Part shown: positions 29,192 through 38,441 of the stretch, one piece after another
Layout of the letters: each line of letters opens with the position of its first letter
Numbering within the stretch: position 1 is the first letter of the stretch
NCBI GenBank assembly: GCA_002897695.1
Contig: BDTG01000013.1
Coordinates: forward strand, 1-63,186
Origin: a bacterium BMS3Abin14
GTDB taxonomy: Bacteria; BMS3Abin14
Length of the DNA: 63,186 nucleotides
Reading direction: 5' to 3'
Translations under genes and position numbers: made by a program
The notes under the pieces: model-generated
The model's input: the letters and a program-made list of their open reading frames with translations, nothing else
The model's database searches: none
What the model was told of the DNA's origin: nothing

Positions 29192-29752
29192 ATGACCATC
29201 CGGCATATGTGGATCATGTCCCCCCTTGTGGCCCTATCCCTTTTCTCGAGCCTCTTTTATACAGCCCCGCCCATTCGATATGGATATCTGGGCCTGGGGG
29301 AGGTTTTCGCGGCGGTGAACATGGGGCCTGTAATGGTGGTGGGGACCCAGTGGATCATTTCAGGCGCCCCCTCAGGGACCGCATTCCTCATTTCCCTGCC
29401 CATCGGGATGATGGTGGCCGGGATTCTCTATTATCAGAGCATGCCGGACATGGAGACCGACGCATCGGTGGGAAAGCGGACCATCACTGTCCGACTGGGC
29501 CGCCGCGGCGCGTATCTCGGCCTCATGGCCCAGTGGGCCGTCACCTACACCCTCATCCTGGGCCTGGCCGCCGGAAGCATTCTGTCGCCTGTTGCGGCCG
29601 CATCCCTTCTCACCTGGCCTATCCTCTTCAGGCTCCTGTGGATCATCCCCGGTGTGGAGGACTGGCAGGAACTCAATGATTACGGCCATTATGTCCGAAA
29701 ACTCTACCTTATCAACGGGATCATCATAATCCTGGCCATCTGGACACGATAA
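29192..29752 (+). CDS. menA: C-terminal ~60 % of a UbiA-family prenyltransferase (MenA-like); the 5' part is missing (in-frame homology extends back to 29066, where a stop intervenes)
   Basis: PPIRYGYLGLGEVFAAVNMGPVMVVGTQWI aligns to E. coli MenA residues ~150-180. No N-terminal half is present. Confidence 0.6.
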   Translation: MTIRHMWIMSPLVALSLFSSLFYTAPPIRYGYLGLGEVFAAVNMGPVMVVGTQWIISGAPSGTAFLISLPIGMMVAGILYYQSMPDMETDASVGKRTITVRLGRRGAYLGLMAQWAVTYTLILGLAAGSILSPVAAASLLTWPILFRLLWIIPGVEDWQELNDYGHYVRKLYLINGIIIILAIWTR

Positions 29753-29754
29753 AG

Positions 29755-29930
29755 AACGTCCAACGTCCAAGGTCCAATGCCCAACGGGGGAAAGCAGTAT
29801 CGAAGTAACGAGGTATCGAAGTGTCGAGGTGTTGGCGGCGGGCGATGGGCAATAGGCGATGGGCTATAGGCTATAGGCAATCATGACTCAGCTCACGATG
29901 ACAAATTACCCTCTGGACTCTGGACTCCAG
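29755..29930. repeat. Intergenic array of short tandem repeats: (AaCGTCC)x4, (GTaTCGAr)x4, (GGCGATGGG/CTATAGG)n, (CTCTGGA)x2
   Basis: Direct reading. Several different 7-8-nt units in tandem with no spacers. Confidence 0.6.
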
Positions 29931-29953
29931 CACGTGGAACATGGAACCGGGTT

Positions 29954-30601
29954 TCAGGCGGGCGGGGGGAGCTCGGCTTCCCTGATCAGGCTTTCCAGGG
30001 AGGCGGGGGCTACGGGATCGAACTCGGCTACCCCGATATCGATAGAAAGCCTGTAATCTCCGGCCCCCTTATGGTTGGCCATCTCCATGCTTTTACTTAT
30101 GCGAGAGGCAATCATATCCCTGAAGCCAAGTGTGGATTTGGGCAGAAATGCGATGAACTCATCCTCGGCATACCTGGCCACGATGTCGGATCCGCGGAAA
30201 GAAGACAGTAGCGCTTGTGCCGCCATGATCAGCGCGAAGTCCCTCTCCTCGGAGCCGAATTTTTCCGTTATTTTACCAAGGTTGTTCAATCGGATAAAGA
30301 ATACAAGGGCCCTCTCGGAAAACCGCTCCCCCCACTCCATCTGCTGGCGCGCAATGGCGAAAAAAGCCCTTCGATTATTTAGGCCGGTCAACTCATCTGT
30401 GAGTTCAATGACCTTGAAATCAGTGGGCCGATTCTGTTTTTCGTTAAAATAGAGACCGGTGGTGATGATGCATGCCATGCCCAGAAACCAGATGACGGGA
30501 AAAACAAACCAGCTGTTTATTCCGAAGCGCTCACCATGGAGGATAATCATAATGACCGTCCACGCGGCCGCAGTTCCGGGGAGGACAATACGATTAATCA
30601 A
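29954..30601 (-). CDS. Membrane protein with a degenerate GGDEF domain (AEDEF in place of GGDEF), likely catalytically inactive
   Basis: LTGLNNRRAF...RYAEDEFIAFLP pattern. Two N-terminal TM helices. Confidence 0.7.
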   Translation of the reverse strand: MINRIVLPGTAAAWTVIMIILHGERFGINSWFVFPVIWFLGMACIITTGLYFNEKQNRPTDFKVIELTDELTGLNNRRAFFAIARQQMEWGERFSERALVFFIRLNNLGKITEKFGSEERDFALIMAAQALLSSFRGSDIVARYAEDEFIAFLPKSTLGFRDMIASRISKSMEMANHKGAGDYRLSIDIGVAEFDPVAPASLESLIREAELPPPA

Positions 30602-30677
30602 ATCACCACACTTCCTTCACGTTCCCATGCGAGCCGATCTGCAGCGACAGGGACTCGGCGAATCAGAGGCAACCTGC

Positions 30678-31442
30678 CTACAATTTTATACGGATAAACA
30701 TGACAAGAGCAAGGAAAAGTGGTTTGAACAACCTCAGTATTTTTTTCATAAGGGGGGGCTTTCCCGAATTTCCAAGTGCGAGCGACACCGGTTTTCTGAT
30801 GTATTCCATCGGTTCAGTCTTCTGCTGCGCGGCCAATTTAATCCAGAAATCCCTGTCTGATTGCTTCTGGTTCAAAGCTATTACCCTGTCGAACCACCTC
30901 CGGGCGTTTAATCCATCTCCAATCCGGCGGTACATCTCTCCTATGAGATAGGTGGTCCAATACAGCCTGTTTTCCATTACACCATCTTTTTCAAAAGCCC
31001 GCTGGAAATACTCTATTACCTTCTTTCGATATTCCAGCTCGTCAGCTTTTCGTCCGTCGAGACTTGAACACCACACAGCCCGAAGATAGAGTGAACCGAC
31101 GGCAAAGTTGTCCAGCCCTTTTGCTTCCTGCAAAATGGCCAGGAACTCCCATTTACGACCGGACGAAATTTCCATTTCGCCAGGGCCGCCAAGCATTGGT
31201 GTAATCCGTTCCTCTACAAACTGTCTTGTCTTCTGATCCACCGGGCCATCTTCTGTGGTGGCTCTCGTATAGCCGCAGGAAGGGCAAGTGGATACCTGAA
31301 ACAGGAGGGGCTGTTCCCCAACCGCCATTTCGAGGATATCGGTGGTAACCGGACCAAGGGTATTGGTATGGATAACCTTTTTCGAATCGAAGGTTGTACC
31401 GCAGCAGGAACACGTTATTTCGATGGACACAAGAGTTGTCAA
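30678..31442 (-). CDS. DUF2225-family protein (N-terminal zinc ribbon, C-terminal TPR-like)
   Basis: CSCCG...CPSCG ribbon and a TPR-like C-terminus. Confidence 0.55.
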   Translation of the reverse strand: MTTLVSIEITCSCCGTTFDSKKVIHTNTLGPVTTDILEMAVGEQPLLFQVSTCPSCGYTRATTEDGPVDQKTRQFVEERITPMLGGPGEMEISSGRKWEFLAILQEAKGLDNFAVGSLYLRAVWCSSLDGRKADELEYRKKVIEYFQRAFEKDGVMENRLYWTTYLIGEMYRRIGDGLNARRWFDRVIALNQKQSDRDFWIKLAAQQKTEPMEYIRKPVSLALGNSGKPPLMKKILRLFKPLFLALVMFIRIKL

Positions 31443-31481
31443 AGTTCATCCCTCTTAAGGTCAAAAACCCAGGTCGTCTGA

Positions 31482-32414
31482 TCAGTCGGGATCGCCTCCG
31501 GACCCCTCGCCATCATCTTCCCCACTGCCGGAGCCGCCTTCACTTTGCCCGCCGTCCGACTGTTCCTCACCTGTGGCATTGTCAGCCCCCTCTTCGTCGG
31601 ACGCCGATAAATTATCAATATGCCTTTCAAGAATATCATCAGGGTCATTATCGGAGATACCCTCGTAAGCCCTCCCCGAAAGGTCCCTGAGAAGTTGGAT
31701 GATATCGCCTTCTTCATGCCGCTCATTCTCAATTAGAGCGGCAGCATATTTGCTGACTTTTCGGGAATCTGCCCCATATCCGCTGGCGGCCTTTACCATC
31801 TCCATGATCTGAATCGGCTCAAGGCTTCCGGCCGAAGTACCCATTGCCATTGCGTCGTAGACGTGGCGAAGAGCTTCCCGGTCCATCCCGGCGGCAATGG
31901 CGCCGGCCGTCTCAATTATAAGTTCCTCCCTCTTTTCCCCAGTCACGCCCAAGCCTTCTGCCAGGCCGACGGAAAGTTCCAGTCGTTCCTGGACCCTTTC
32001 CAACGCCCTGATTATGGATCTCTCACCCACATTCTTGGCCAGTCCCTCCATAATCTTCCCCGCAATCGGTCCGAGGGGAAGGTTCTTTTCCGAGGCGGCG
32101 GCCAACACCTGGAGCATTTCACCAATGCCGACCCCTCCCACGCCATTTTCAAGGGACTTCTCGATAACGGGTGCGATAACTTCCTCGTGGACACCTGCCC
32201 TGACAGCCGCGGCCGCATTCTTCAGGACGCTTTCTCTTTCGATGGGTGATGCAATTTCCCCGGCAATCTTACCCCTTAATGTATCCGACAGAGTTGGCGC
32301 CGCCATCGCCGTAGACGACAGGATTACCATCGGAAGGACGATCATTACTGCAAAGAGTATAGGGTTTATACTACCATCTATAATCAACCATCGCTTCATC
32401 TTACTTACCTCCAA
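31482..32414 (-). CDS. Secreted/membrane-anchored hypothetical protein with a strongly acidic Gly/Asp/Glu-rich C-terminus; paralogue of 33822-34262
   Basis: Signal-anchor, shared A/SPxLSDxL N-domain, acidic tail. Confidence 0.5.
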   Translation of the reverse strand: MEVSKMKRWLIIDGSINPILFAVMIVLPMVILSSTAMAAPTLSDTLRGKIAGEIASPIERESVLKNAAAAVRAGVHEEVIAPVIEKSLENGVGGVGIGEMLQVLAAASEKNLPLGPIAGKIMEGLAKNVGERSIIRALERVQERLELSVGLAEGLGVTGEKREELIIETAGAIAAGMDREALRHVYDAMAMGTSAGSLEPIQIMEMVKAASGYGADSRKVSKYAAALIENERHEEGDIIQLLRDLSGRAYEGISDNDPDDILERHIDNLSASDEEGADNATGEEQSDGGQSEGGSGSGEDDGEGSGGDPD

Positions 32415-32439
32415 CCGGTCTTACGTTACTGATTTTTCC

Positions 32440-32865
32440 TCAATAGACCTGTATATCCCCGTTCATGGTGCCCCTTACCGTCAGGACACCCGTGACACCA
32501 CCGAAATCATCCTTTTCCACCCTGCCTTTTCCCATGCCAACCGTAACGGAACCGTCCACCATAAAAAAATACCGATAATGGCCGGGAGGGAGGGGAAACT
32601 TTGCCGACCATATCCCCCTGTGCCGTTTTTCAGCGGACACCCTAAGGGTGGCCGCATTAACCGTCTTCGCGTTCATAAGGACAAGAACAACTCGCCCGGC
32701 ATTGGGGGCTTCAACCGAAAAACGGATAATATCCCCGTCTGCAACCACCGCGGGCCGGACCTGGGCGGTTGCACACCCAAAAAGGAATCCCGCCATCAGC
32801 AGGATAAGGGTCGCGGCCCTAGATGCCGACCCTGACCACAGAATTTTTCGAACCAAAGTCGTCAC
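32440..32865 (-). CDS. Lipoprotein with a CBM48/AMPK-beta-type glycogen-binding-like domain
   Basis: Lipobox LFGC and a YRYFFMVDG motif. Confidence 0.55.
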   Translation of the reverse strand: MTTLVRKILWSGSASRAATLILLMAGFLFGCATAQVRPAVVADGDIIRFSVEAPNAGRVVLVLMNAKTVNAATLRVSAEKRHRGIWSAKFPLPPGHYRYFFMVDGSVTVGMGKGRVEKDDFGGVTGVLTVRGTMNGDIQVY

Positions 32866-33412
32866 TAATCGAATAGTCCGCCGTAGGATCAGCTACACGC
32901 TTTTTCCCGTCGATGAGAAGGACATACCGATATTCACCGGGTTGGACATTCAAATCGACCAACCAGTATCCCGCTTTCCCACGGGGTTTCAGCGGGATCT
33001 CTCCAGACCAGTGGTTAAAGTCACCCAACACGGAAACGGAGTGGGCCTCCGGCGCATAGTAAACGAGCCTGAAGGAGGCCGGCTGCACAGGAAGATCAGG
33101 TGCCCGACGGACATTCAAAGCCACCCCCAGAACGAAAAGAAGACACACTGTTGCCATAGCCGCTCCCGCAAAAAACGGACGCGGCGTGGGAAGCAGACCA
33201 CGGACCAGGAACCGGATACCCCGAGGCACAAGAAAGTCAGGGGCCTTCATGACACCGAGATCACCGGCTGTGCGGACAAGGGCCCCGATCTCCTCGACAT
33301 AGGCATGGAGGGATGGGTCCCCGTCGAGCATAAGCTGAAATGCCTTCTTTTCCTCACCCTGGAGTTCACCATCTACGAACCTGTGAACCAGGCCCAGGTC
33401 TTCCCGCTTCAC
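32819..33412 (-). CDS. Anti-sigma factor (N-terminal anti-sigma domain, one TM) fused to a C-terminal CBM48-like domain
   Basis: N-terminus HRFVDGELQGEEKKAFQLMLDGDPSLHAYVEE, a TM helix, and a C-terminal EYRYVLLIDGKK motif. Confidence 0.6.
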   Translation of the reverse strand: MKREDLGLVHRFVDGELQGEEKKAFQLMLDGDPSLHAYVEEIGALVRTAGDLGVMKAPDFLVPRGIRFLVRGLLPTPRPFFAGAAMATVCLLFVLGVALNVRRAPDLPVQPASFRLVYYAPEAHSVSVLGDFNHWSGEIPLKPRGKAGYWLVDLNVQPGEYRYVLLIDGKKRVADPTADYSISDDFGSKNSVVRVGI

Positions 33413-33413
33413 T

Positions 33414-33683
33414 TTACACCTCCCTGAGAAGAGCTACGAGGGCGTGCCGGGCCCGGTGAACCCTGACCCTTGCCGCACCCTCTTCGATCCCGAGGACTTC
33501 GGATATCTGGCCGTAGGACATGCCTTCCACGTGTTTCAGGAGAAAGGGGGCGCGGTAGGCCTTAAGGGCCGCATCCTGGAGAACATCCGCCGCCATTTCG
33601 GAGTCCATGGCCATTCGGGTCAGATATGTGTAAAGCCCATCGCACACCTGTCCGTATTCCGATTGGAAATGCTCGTCATCCAT
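33414..33683 (-). CDS. ECF sigma-70-family fragment: region 2.1-2.2 joined directly to region 4.2 (about 80 residues missing internally). Probable pseudogene or minimal variant.
   Basis: ...AADVLQDAALKAYRA | PFLLKHVEGMSYGQISEVLGIEEGAARVRVHRARHAL. Only 89 aa, against ~180 for an ECF sigma. Confidence 0.55.
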   Translation of the reverse strand: MDDEHFQSEYGQVCDGLYTYLTRMAMDSEMAADVLQDAALKAYRAPFLLKHVEGMSYGQISEVLGIEEGAARVRVHRARHALVALLREV

Positions 33684-33821
33684 GAGGTCTCAGATACCAT
33701 CTACCATTTAGACAATCAATACCGCAAATCGTTACCGGGGTACAACGTACCGGAAAGAAAAAGCGGCCATTCCCCGTGAAAGGGAGCAGCCGCTCAGATG
33801 TGGTTTCAGGCCTGATACGGA

Positions 33822-34262
33822 TCAGTCGTCTTGCCCGCCTCCGTCTCCGCTTCCGCCCTCATCACCATCCTCATCAGCATCATTTTCATCAACATCATTC
33901 TCATTATCATCACCGCCCTTGATTTCACTGTCATCAGCGGACTTGGCCAGGGATTCCAGAGCGTCGTTCACAGTCCCCCCACTGCCGTCACTTGCCAGAG
34001 AATCGGTTATGATCTGTATGATGTCGGCATCAGCGGCTCCGGCTGTGACCGCCTCTCCGGCACTCTCCAACACATCGTTTCTCACGTCGGGCGATGTGAT
34101 ACTATTCGTTATGAACTGTGCCAGATTGTCCGACAGCGCTGGGGATGCCTTGACTGGAGCGATGGTTACGACCAGGAAAAGAACCATCGCCGCTGTAATA
34201 ACCGACAACATCGTCATCCTCATTTTCGTCAATCGCTGTTTCACCGTTTTTTGCAGTCTCAT
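33822..34262 (-). CDS. Secreted acidic-tail protein, paralogue of 31482-32414
   Basis: GGAGG RBS before the ATG at 34262. Signal-anchor, SPALSDNL N-domain, D/E/G-rich tail. Confidence 0.45.
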   Translation of the reverse strand: MRLQKTVKQRLTKMRMTMLSVITAAMVLFLVVTIAPVKASPALSDNLAQFITNSITSPDVRNDVLESAGEAVTAGAADADIIQIITDSLASDGSGGTVNDALESLAKSADDSEIKGGDDNENDVDENDADEDGDEGGSGDGGGQDD

Positions 34263-34473
34263 CTTTTTTCCTCCATGTCGGCCCCTGTCAAAGGGGGCAA
34301 ATGTTACCACTGAAAAGATCTCCAATAACGCCGGTATTTCTGCTATTCTACCCCTTGGACAATCCCGGCACGGAAACGTTACAGGAAAATTTACCTGGTA
34401 AAGATCCCTCCCTTTTGCAGGATCGAAAGAAGAGCGGCGTACATACTGTGGACAGAGGCAGGGAGGGCAGATA

Positions 34474-35515
34474 GTGCTCTTCGGCACCCCTAAAAACCGT
34501 GCAGGTTTTTTGCCCGTCATGGCTGTCGCGACGGCATCAATCATGATGATCGCGGCATTTCCGGCAAAAGCCCTTTCCCACGGACCCGGGGAAGAGTACG
34601 AATACGCCTCAGGTTTTTTCCACATCCGTTCCCAATCCCCGGACTACAGCCTCAGGATGACTACGCCCCACATCCTGCCCGGCTCCATTGGCCATGGTGT
34701 TAATATCTTTACAGGGAGCACGGTCTCCAACGTCTGGGTTAACGGGGACCTGCTGGACCTGGACTTCGAGATGCTCGATTACAACCTCGGGATAACATAC
34801 GGGGTCAACCATCGTGTCGGCTTTGCTTTCATCTACGACCAGAGAAACTACTTCGGGGGGGGTGCTCGACGGGTTGATCCAGAATTTTCATTCGGCCATG
34901 GGAATGGGCCAGGATGGACGCGACCTGGTGGATAAGAGACAGACCAGCATTGTCCGGTACGACAACGGCGGCAACGTGATATTCCGGGCCGACGATCTGA
35001 GCGTGCTGGAAAACAGCGGTCTCACTCTCCTGGCTCAGTATGTCCTTTTCTTTTCACAGGACGGCTTTCCCGTTGCAGGAATCTCCGGAGGCATCCGGTA
35101 TGGGCTGGAAATGCCTGAGGGGGCCGACGACGGTGACCGGGTGGACTGGACCGTCGGGGCCGGCGCAGGCAAACGCCTCAGCGATAGCTGGTATATGTGC
35201 CTGCACCTCGGTTATACACACTACGGCCAGACAGATATTCTGGGTTTCACGCTCAAGGACTATTCCACCACCGAGATCCTCGCTATCGGCTGGACACTCA
35301 GCCCCAGGTTCACCCTTTTGGGGCAGTATTCGCACAACAGCAGCCTGATAAGGAATATGGGAAAGTTCAGCACGGGGCCCCACGAGCTGGACCTGGGCTT
35401 TAAATGGAGAGCATCTGAAAACGGGGATCTCGAATTCGCAATGATCGAAAATATCTTCACCTTCGCGAATGGCCCCGATTTCGGCCTGCACCTGGCCTAT
35501 TCGTTAAGAATATAA
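34474..35515 (+). pseudogene. Putative outer-membrane beta-barrel protein gene split by a frameshift at a G8 homopolymer (34853-34860)
   Basis: ORFs 34474-34935 and 34814-35515 lie in different frames and overlap exactly at GGGGGGGG. Both halves show alternating amphipathic beta-strand character. Confidence 0.5.
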
Positions 35516-35626
35516 AATGGGTTCATCAACAAAAATTAGTATTTGGCTTTGAAATCTGTTTCCTCACGCTCGGTCGTCCCGACGCAGGCGGAACTCGCTA
35601 AAGGCGCAAGGACGTCCCTTGGCAGG

Positions 35627-35715
35627 AGCGGGATTTCCTTGAAATCGGCTGGAAGCAACTTGGATGAGGGGATGCTCTCTACTTTGCGAGCTTTGCGGCT
35701 TGAGTTAATCACGCT
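35627..35715. repeat. Copy B of the ~90-bp conserved non-coding element (see 1383-1475)
   Basis: About 75 % identical to copy A. A GATTTCcTTGAAATC palindrome is retained. Confidence 0.5.
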
Positions 35716-35801
35716 GGCCGTGTGATTAACGGGCGTGAGACAAATTAATGTTAAAATACGATGTAGGCAGGAGGCCAGGACAGAGGCGAGGGGGGGGATA
35801 A

Positions 35802-35888
35802 TGGTGCCGGAGGAGGGATTCGAACCCTCACAACCCGAAGATCACTGGATTTTGAGTCCAGCGCGTCTACCAGTTCCGCCACTCCGGC
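35802..35888 (-). tRNA. tRNA-Leu (anticodon CAA), with long variable arm and encoded CCA
   Basis: Reverse complement GCCGGAGTGGCGGAACTGGTAGACGCGCTGGACTCAAAATCCAG...GGGTTCGAATCCCTCTCCGGCACCA folds as a class II tRNA. Confidence 0.9.
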
Positions 35889-35896
35889 ACGAATAT

Positions 35897-35925
35897 ATTA
35901 TAAGGGGACACAGACAAGTTGTTAA
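35897..35925 (-). promoter_or_regulatory. Sigma-70-type promoter for tRNA-Leu: TTAACA -17 bp- TATAAT, 7 nt upstream of the mature 5' end
   Basis: Consensus-like hexamers at optimal spacing on the minus strand. Confidence 0.55.
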
Positions 35926-35997
35926 GTAAAACATGATGATCTTTTGCAAAATCATCACCTGTTTAACAACGTTCCCAAATCTGTTAAATTCCCAGCC

Positions 35998-36459
35998 ATG
36001 AATGTCTTCCTGTTAATCGCAGGCATTGCTGTCGGCGGATGGTTCGTTTTCATCCTCCTCATCAAGGGGTTCGCGGCCCTCCTGAAAAAAAGCGCTTTGG
36101 AGGCCACGCTGAAACTGCTTTCCGGCGAGGAGATACTCAGGATCACCGATAACGCCAGCTTCCTCGGCGCCGACTTCCCGGGCCCGAATCTTCCGCCCAG
36201 GACCAGCGGGGTCCTGGCTGTAACCGACAGGAAGATCTTTTTTCTACCCTGGTTCCCCCGAAAGTCCATCTCCCTGCCATACGAGTGGGTCAACGGTGTT
36301 CGGCTGCAGGCATCTTTCGACGACATGGCATCTTCTATCCCCTGCGTGGTAGTTCGGGTCAAAGAGTTAACGGACCCGGAAGGATCCATCGCATGGCTTG
36401 TTCATGAACCGAGGAAATGGGAAAAAGCTATTGAAAGGAGAGTGAACAGCAGTGCCTAG
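35998..36459 (+). CDS. Membrane protein with a bacterial PH (bPH/GRAM-like) domain
   Basis: One TM helix then ...ILRITDNASFLG...GVLAVTDRKIFFL. Start set at the second Met to clear the tRNA promoter. Confidence 0.5.
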   Translation: MNVFLLIAGIAVGGWFVFILLIKGFAALLKKSALEATLKLLSGEEILRITDNASFLGADFPGPNLPPRTSGVLAVTDRKIFFLPWFPRKSISLPYEWVNGVRLQASFDDMASSIPCVVVRVKELTDPEGSIAWLVHEPRKWEKAIERRVNSSA

Positions 36460-36489
36460 TACCTGGTACATAGAAGCTGGGAACCAGGG

Positions 36490-37263
36490 TCATGGGGCTG
36501 TGGCATGATCCAGGGGTTTTCTTGCGACCAGGGCGTAGTGGCCAATGTAGACGAACACGTTTTTCACACTGTCAAAACCGGCAAATTCAAGGTCCTGGAC
36601 GACCTGTCCCATGGGAATACGCTCCTTCGCGGACGGTCCGATGTCCATGTCCTCTTCCGGATCCCAGTCGATAAGGAGAAAAAACCCGCCCGGTTTCAGA
36701 ATCCGATAGACCTCTTTCAGAAAATTCAGCCGTCCCTTGATCTCGTGGTACACATTGCCCAGATTTACGAATTGGACCCCGGTATCCTCGATAGGAATGC
36801 GGTCGCTTACACTCTGCCGGATATGGACATTGGTAAGCCCCAGATATTCCACGCGCTTGTCAAGTTCCTCGAGCATGGGAGTGCTACGGTCAACGGCGAT
36901 GATCTGGCGTGACGTCCTCCACTCCTGAGCCATGGGCAGGGTGTAGAATCCGATCCCGCATCCCAGGTCGGCACAGGTACGCCAACGAAAAGATCGCACC
37001 AGTCCCAAAAAGACCTTTGTGTCCTGGAGGGCTTTTCTTTCGGGGGATTCAAGCTTATGAAAATCACGGGCGCCAACAGCCAAAGTGATACCTCTCTTAG
37101 GTATGATAGGAGGAGTATAAGGCCTGCGGACACACACATGCAACCTTTTTTCTCCTCTGGCCCCTCCAATATTGCCAGGGTCGCAAAAAATCCACCCGTG
37201 GCTTCTTGCGAGATCATCAGTTTTTTTCGCCCCAGGGCATGAAAAGCTCAAGGAAAACCGCAC
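36490..37263 (-). CDS. Class I SAM-dependent methyltransferase. The true start is probably internal, because the annotated 5' end overlaps the next gene.
   Basis: Motif I DLGCGIGFY plus post-I acidic residue and motif II. Confidence 0.65.
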   Translation of the reverse strand: MRFSLSFSCPGAKKTDDLARSHGWIFCDPGNIGGARGEKRLHVCVRRPYTPPIIPKRGITLAVGARDFHKLESPERKALQDTKVFLGLVRSFRWRTCADLGCGIGFYTLPMAQEWRTSRQIIAVDRSTPMLEELDKRVEYLGLTNVHIRQSVSDRIPIEDTGVQFVNLGNVYHEIKGRLNFLKEVYRILKPGGFFLLIDWDPEEDMDIGPSAKERIPMGQVVQDLEFAGFDSVKNVFVYIGHYALVARKPLDHATAP

Positions 37264-37265
37264 TG

Positions 37266-38312
37266 ATGGAAATACACAAAAAACTTTTCAGGGGCAGCCT
37301 GACACGGCCAGGGGATATCGCAGAGGCCTTTTCACTGGATAAGGGGTCCGTAGCGGAGGTGACGGAACGCTACCCGGCACTCATAAACCCTTATTTCCAG
37401 AGCATTATCGCGAAGAAGAACGGCCCCATCTACCGGCAGGTTGTTCCCGATCCGAAGGAACTTTCCCCTGCGAACACCGCCGCCGAAGAGGATCCCATAG
37501 GCGAGGACACCCATTGTCCTGTCCCGAACCTGAGCCACGTTTATCCTGACAGGGTCCTTTTCCTGATCTCACCGCGCTGTCCCGTCCACTGCCGCTTTTG
37601 CACCCGGAAAAGAAAACTGGGCCGGGGTCTTGTCGTCACCAGCGAGACGGTTGACAGGGGAATCGAGTATATCGCCTCACATCCTGAGGTGCGGGACGTC
37701 CTCCTGTCGGGGGGTGACCCCCTGATGCTGAGCGACATCCGTCTTGACGGAATCCTTCAAAAAATCAGGGATATTGAACACGTGGAGATCATACGCATCG
37801 GAAGCCGGGTCCCTTGTGCCCTTCCCCGGCGGATTACTCCCCGGCTGGCCCGGATGCTTTCCCGGCATCAGCCTCTATATATCCACACCCATTTTAACCA
37901 TCCTGCCGAGATTACCCGCGAAAGCGCTGCTGCGTGCCGAATCCTCGCCGGCGCCGGCATCCCCATGGGAAACCAGACAGTCCTCCTCAAGGGCATCAAC
38001 GACGATACGGACGTCCTGGAAACCCTTTTCCGGTCGCTTCTGACCCTCAGGATTCGGCCGTACTATCTTTTTCAGATGGATCTTATCCGGGGAGCACAGC
38101 ACTTCCGCACCCCTCTGGAAGTCGGCATGAAAATCATGGATACCCTGCGGAAGCGCACATCCCCCATGGCGCTTCCTTACTTTGTGGTCGACCTCCCCGA
38201 TGCACAGGGAAAGGTAATACTTTCGGAGGGTAATATCAGCAGGGCAGCGGAAGGCCGATTCACCATCACCGGTTCATCCGGGGAAGCGATATCCTACTCC
38301 GATCCGGACTAG
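37266..38312 (+). CDS. KamA-family radical SAM aminomutase (lysine 2,3-aminomutase/EpmB-like)
   Basis: CPVHCRFCTRKR Cx3Cx2C cluster in KamA context. Confidence 0.8.
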   Translation: MEIHKKLFRGSLTRPGDIAEAFSLDKGSVAEVTERYPALINPYFQSIIAKKNGPIYRQVVPDPKELSPANTAAEEDPIGEDTHCPVPNLSHVYPDRVLFLISPRCPVHCRFCTRKRKLGRGLVVTSETVDRGIEYIASHPEVRDVLLSGGDPLMLSDIRLDGILQKIRDIEHVEIIRIGSRVPCALPRRITPRLARMLSRHQPLYIHTHFNHPAEITRESAAACRILAGAGIPMGNQTVLLKGINDDTDVLETLFRSLLTLRIRPYYLFQMDLIRGAQHFRTPLEVGMKIMDTLRKRTSPMALPYFVVDLPDAQGKVILSEGNISRAAEGRFTITGSSGEAISYSDPD

Positions 38313-38441
38313 CGTTCGGACCCACGCCCTGTTAAAAAAACCAGTTTACCCCTGTCTCTGACACGGGCGTTTCGGGCGTTTTCCCCACGTTGGACATTGG
38401 ACGCTGGGTTTCAACTACTCATTTCCCTGATGAACCTTCCG

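Noticed and set aside
29755-29930. Possible CRISPR array suggested by the tandem repeats
   Set aside because: Units are only 7-8 nt, directly abutting with no unique spacers, and there are no cas genes in the window.
35543-35725. 60-aa ORF covering copy B of the conserved ~90-bp element
   Set aside because: The homologous copy A is conserved at the nucleotide level but in a different reading frame with early stops, so the element is non-coding.
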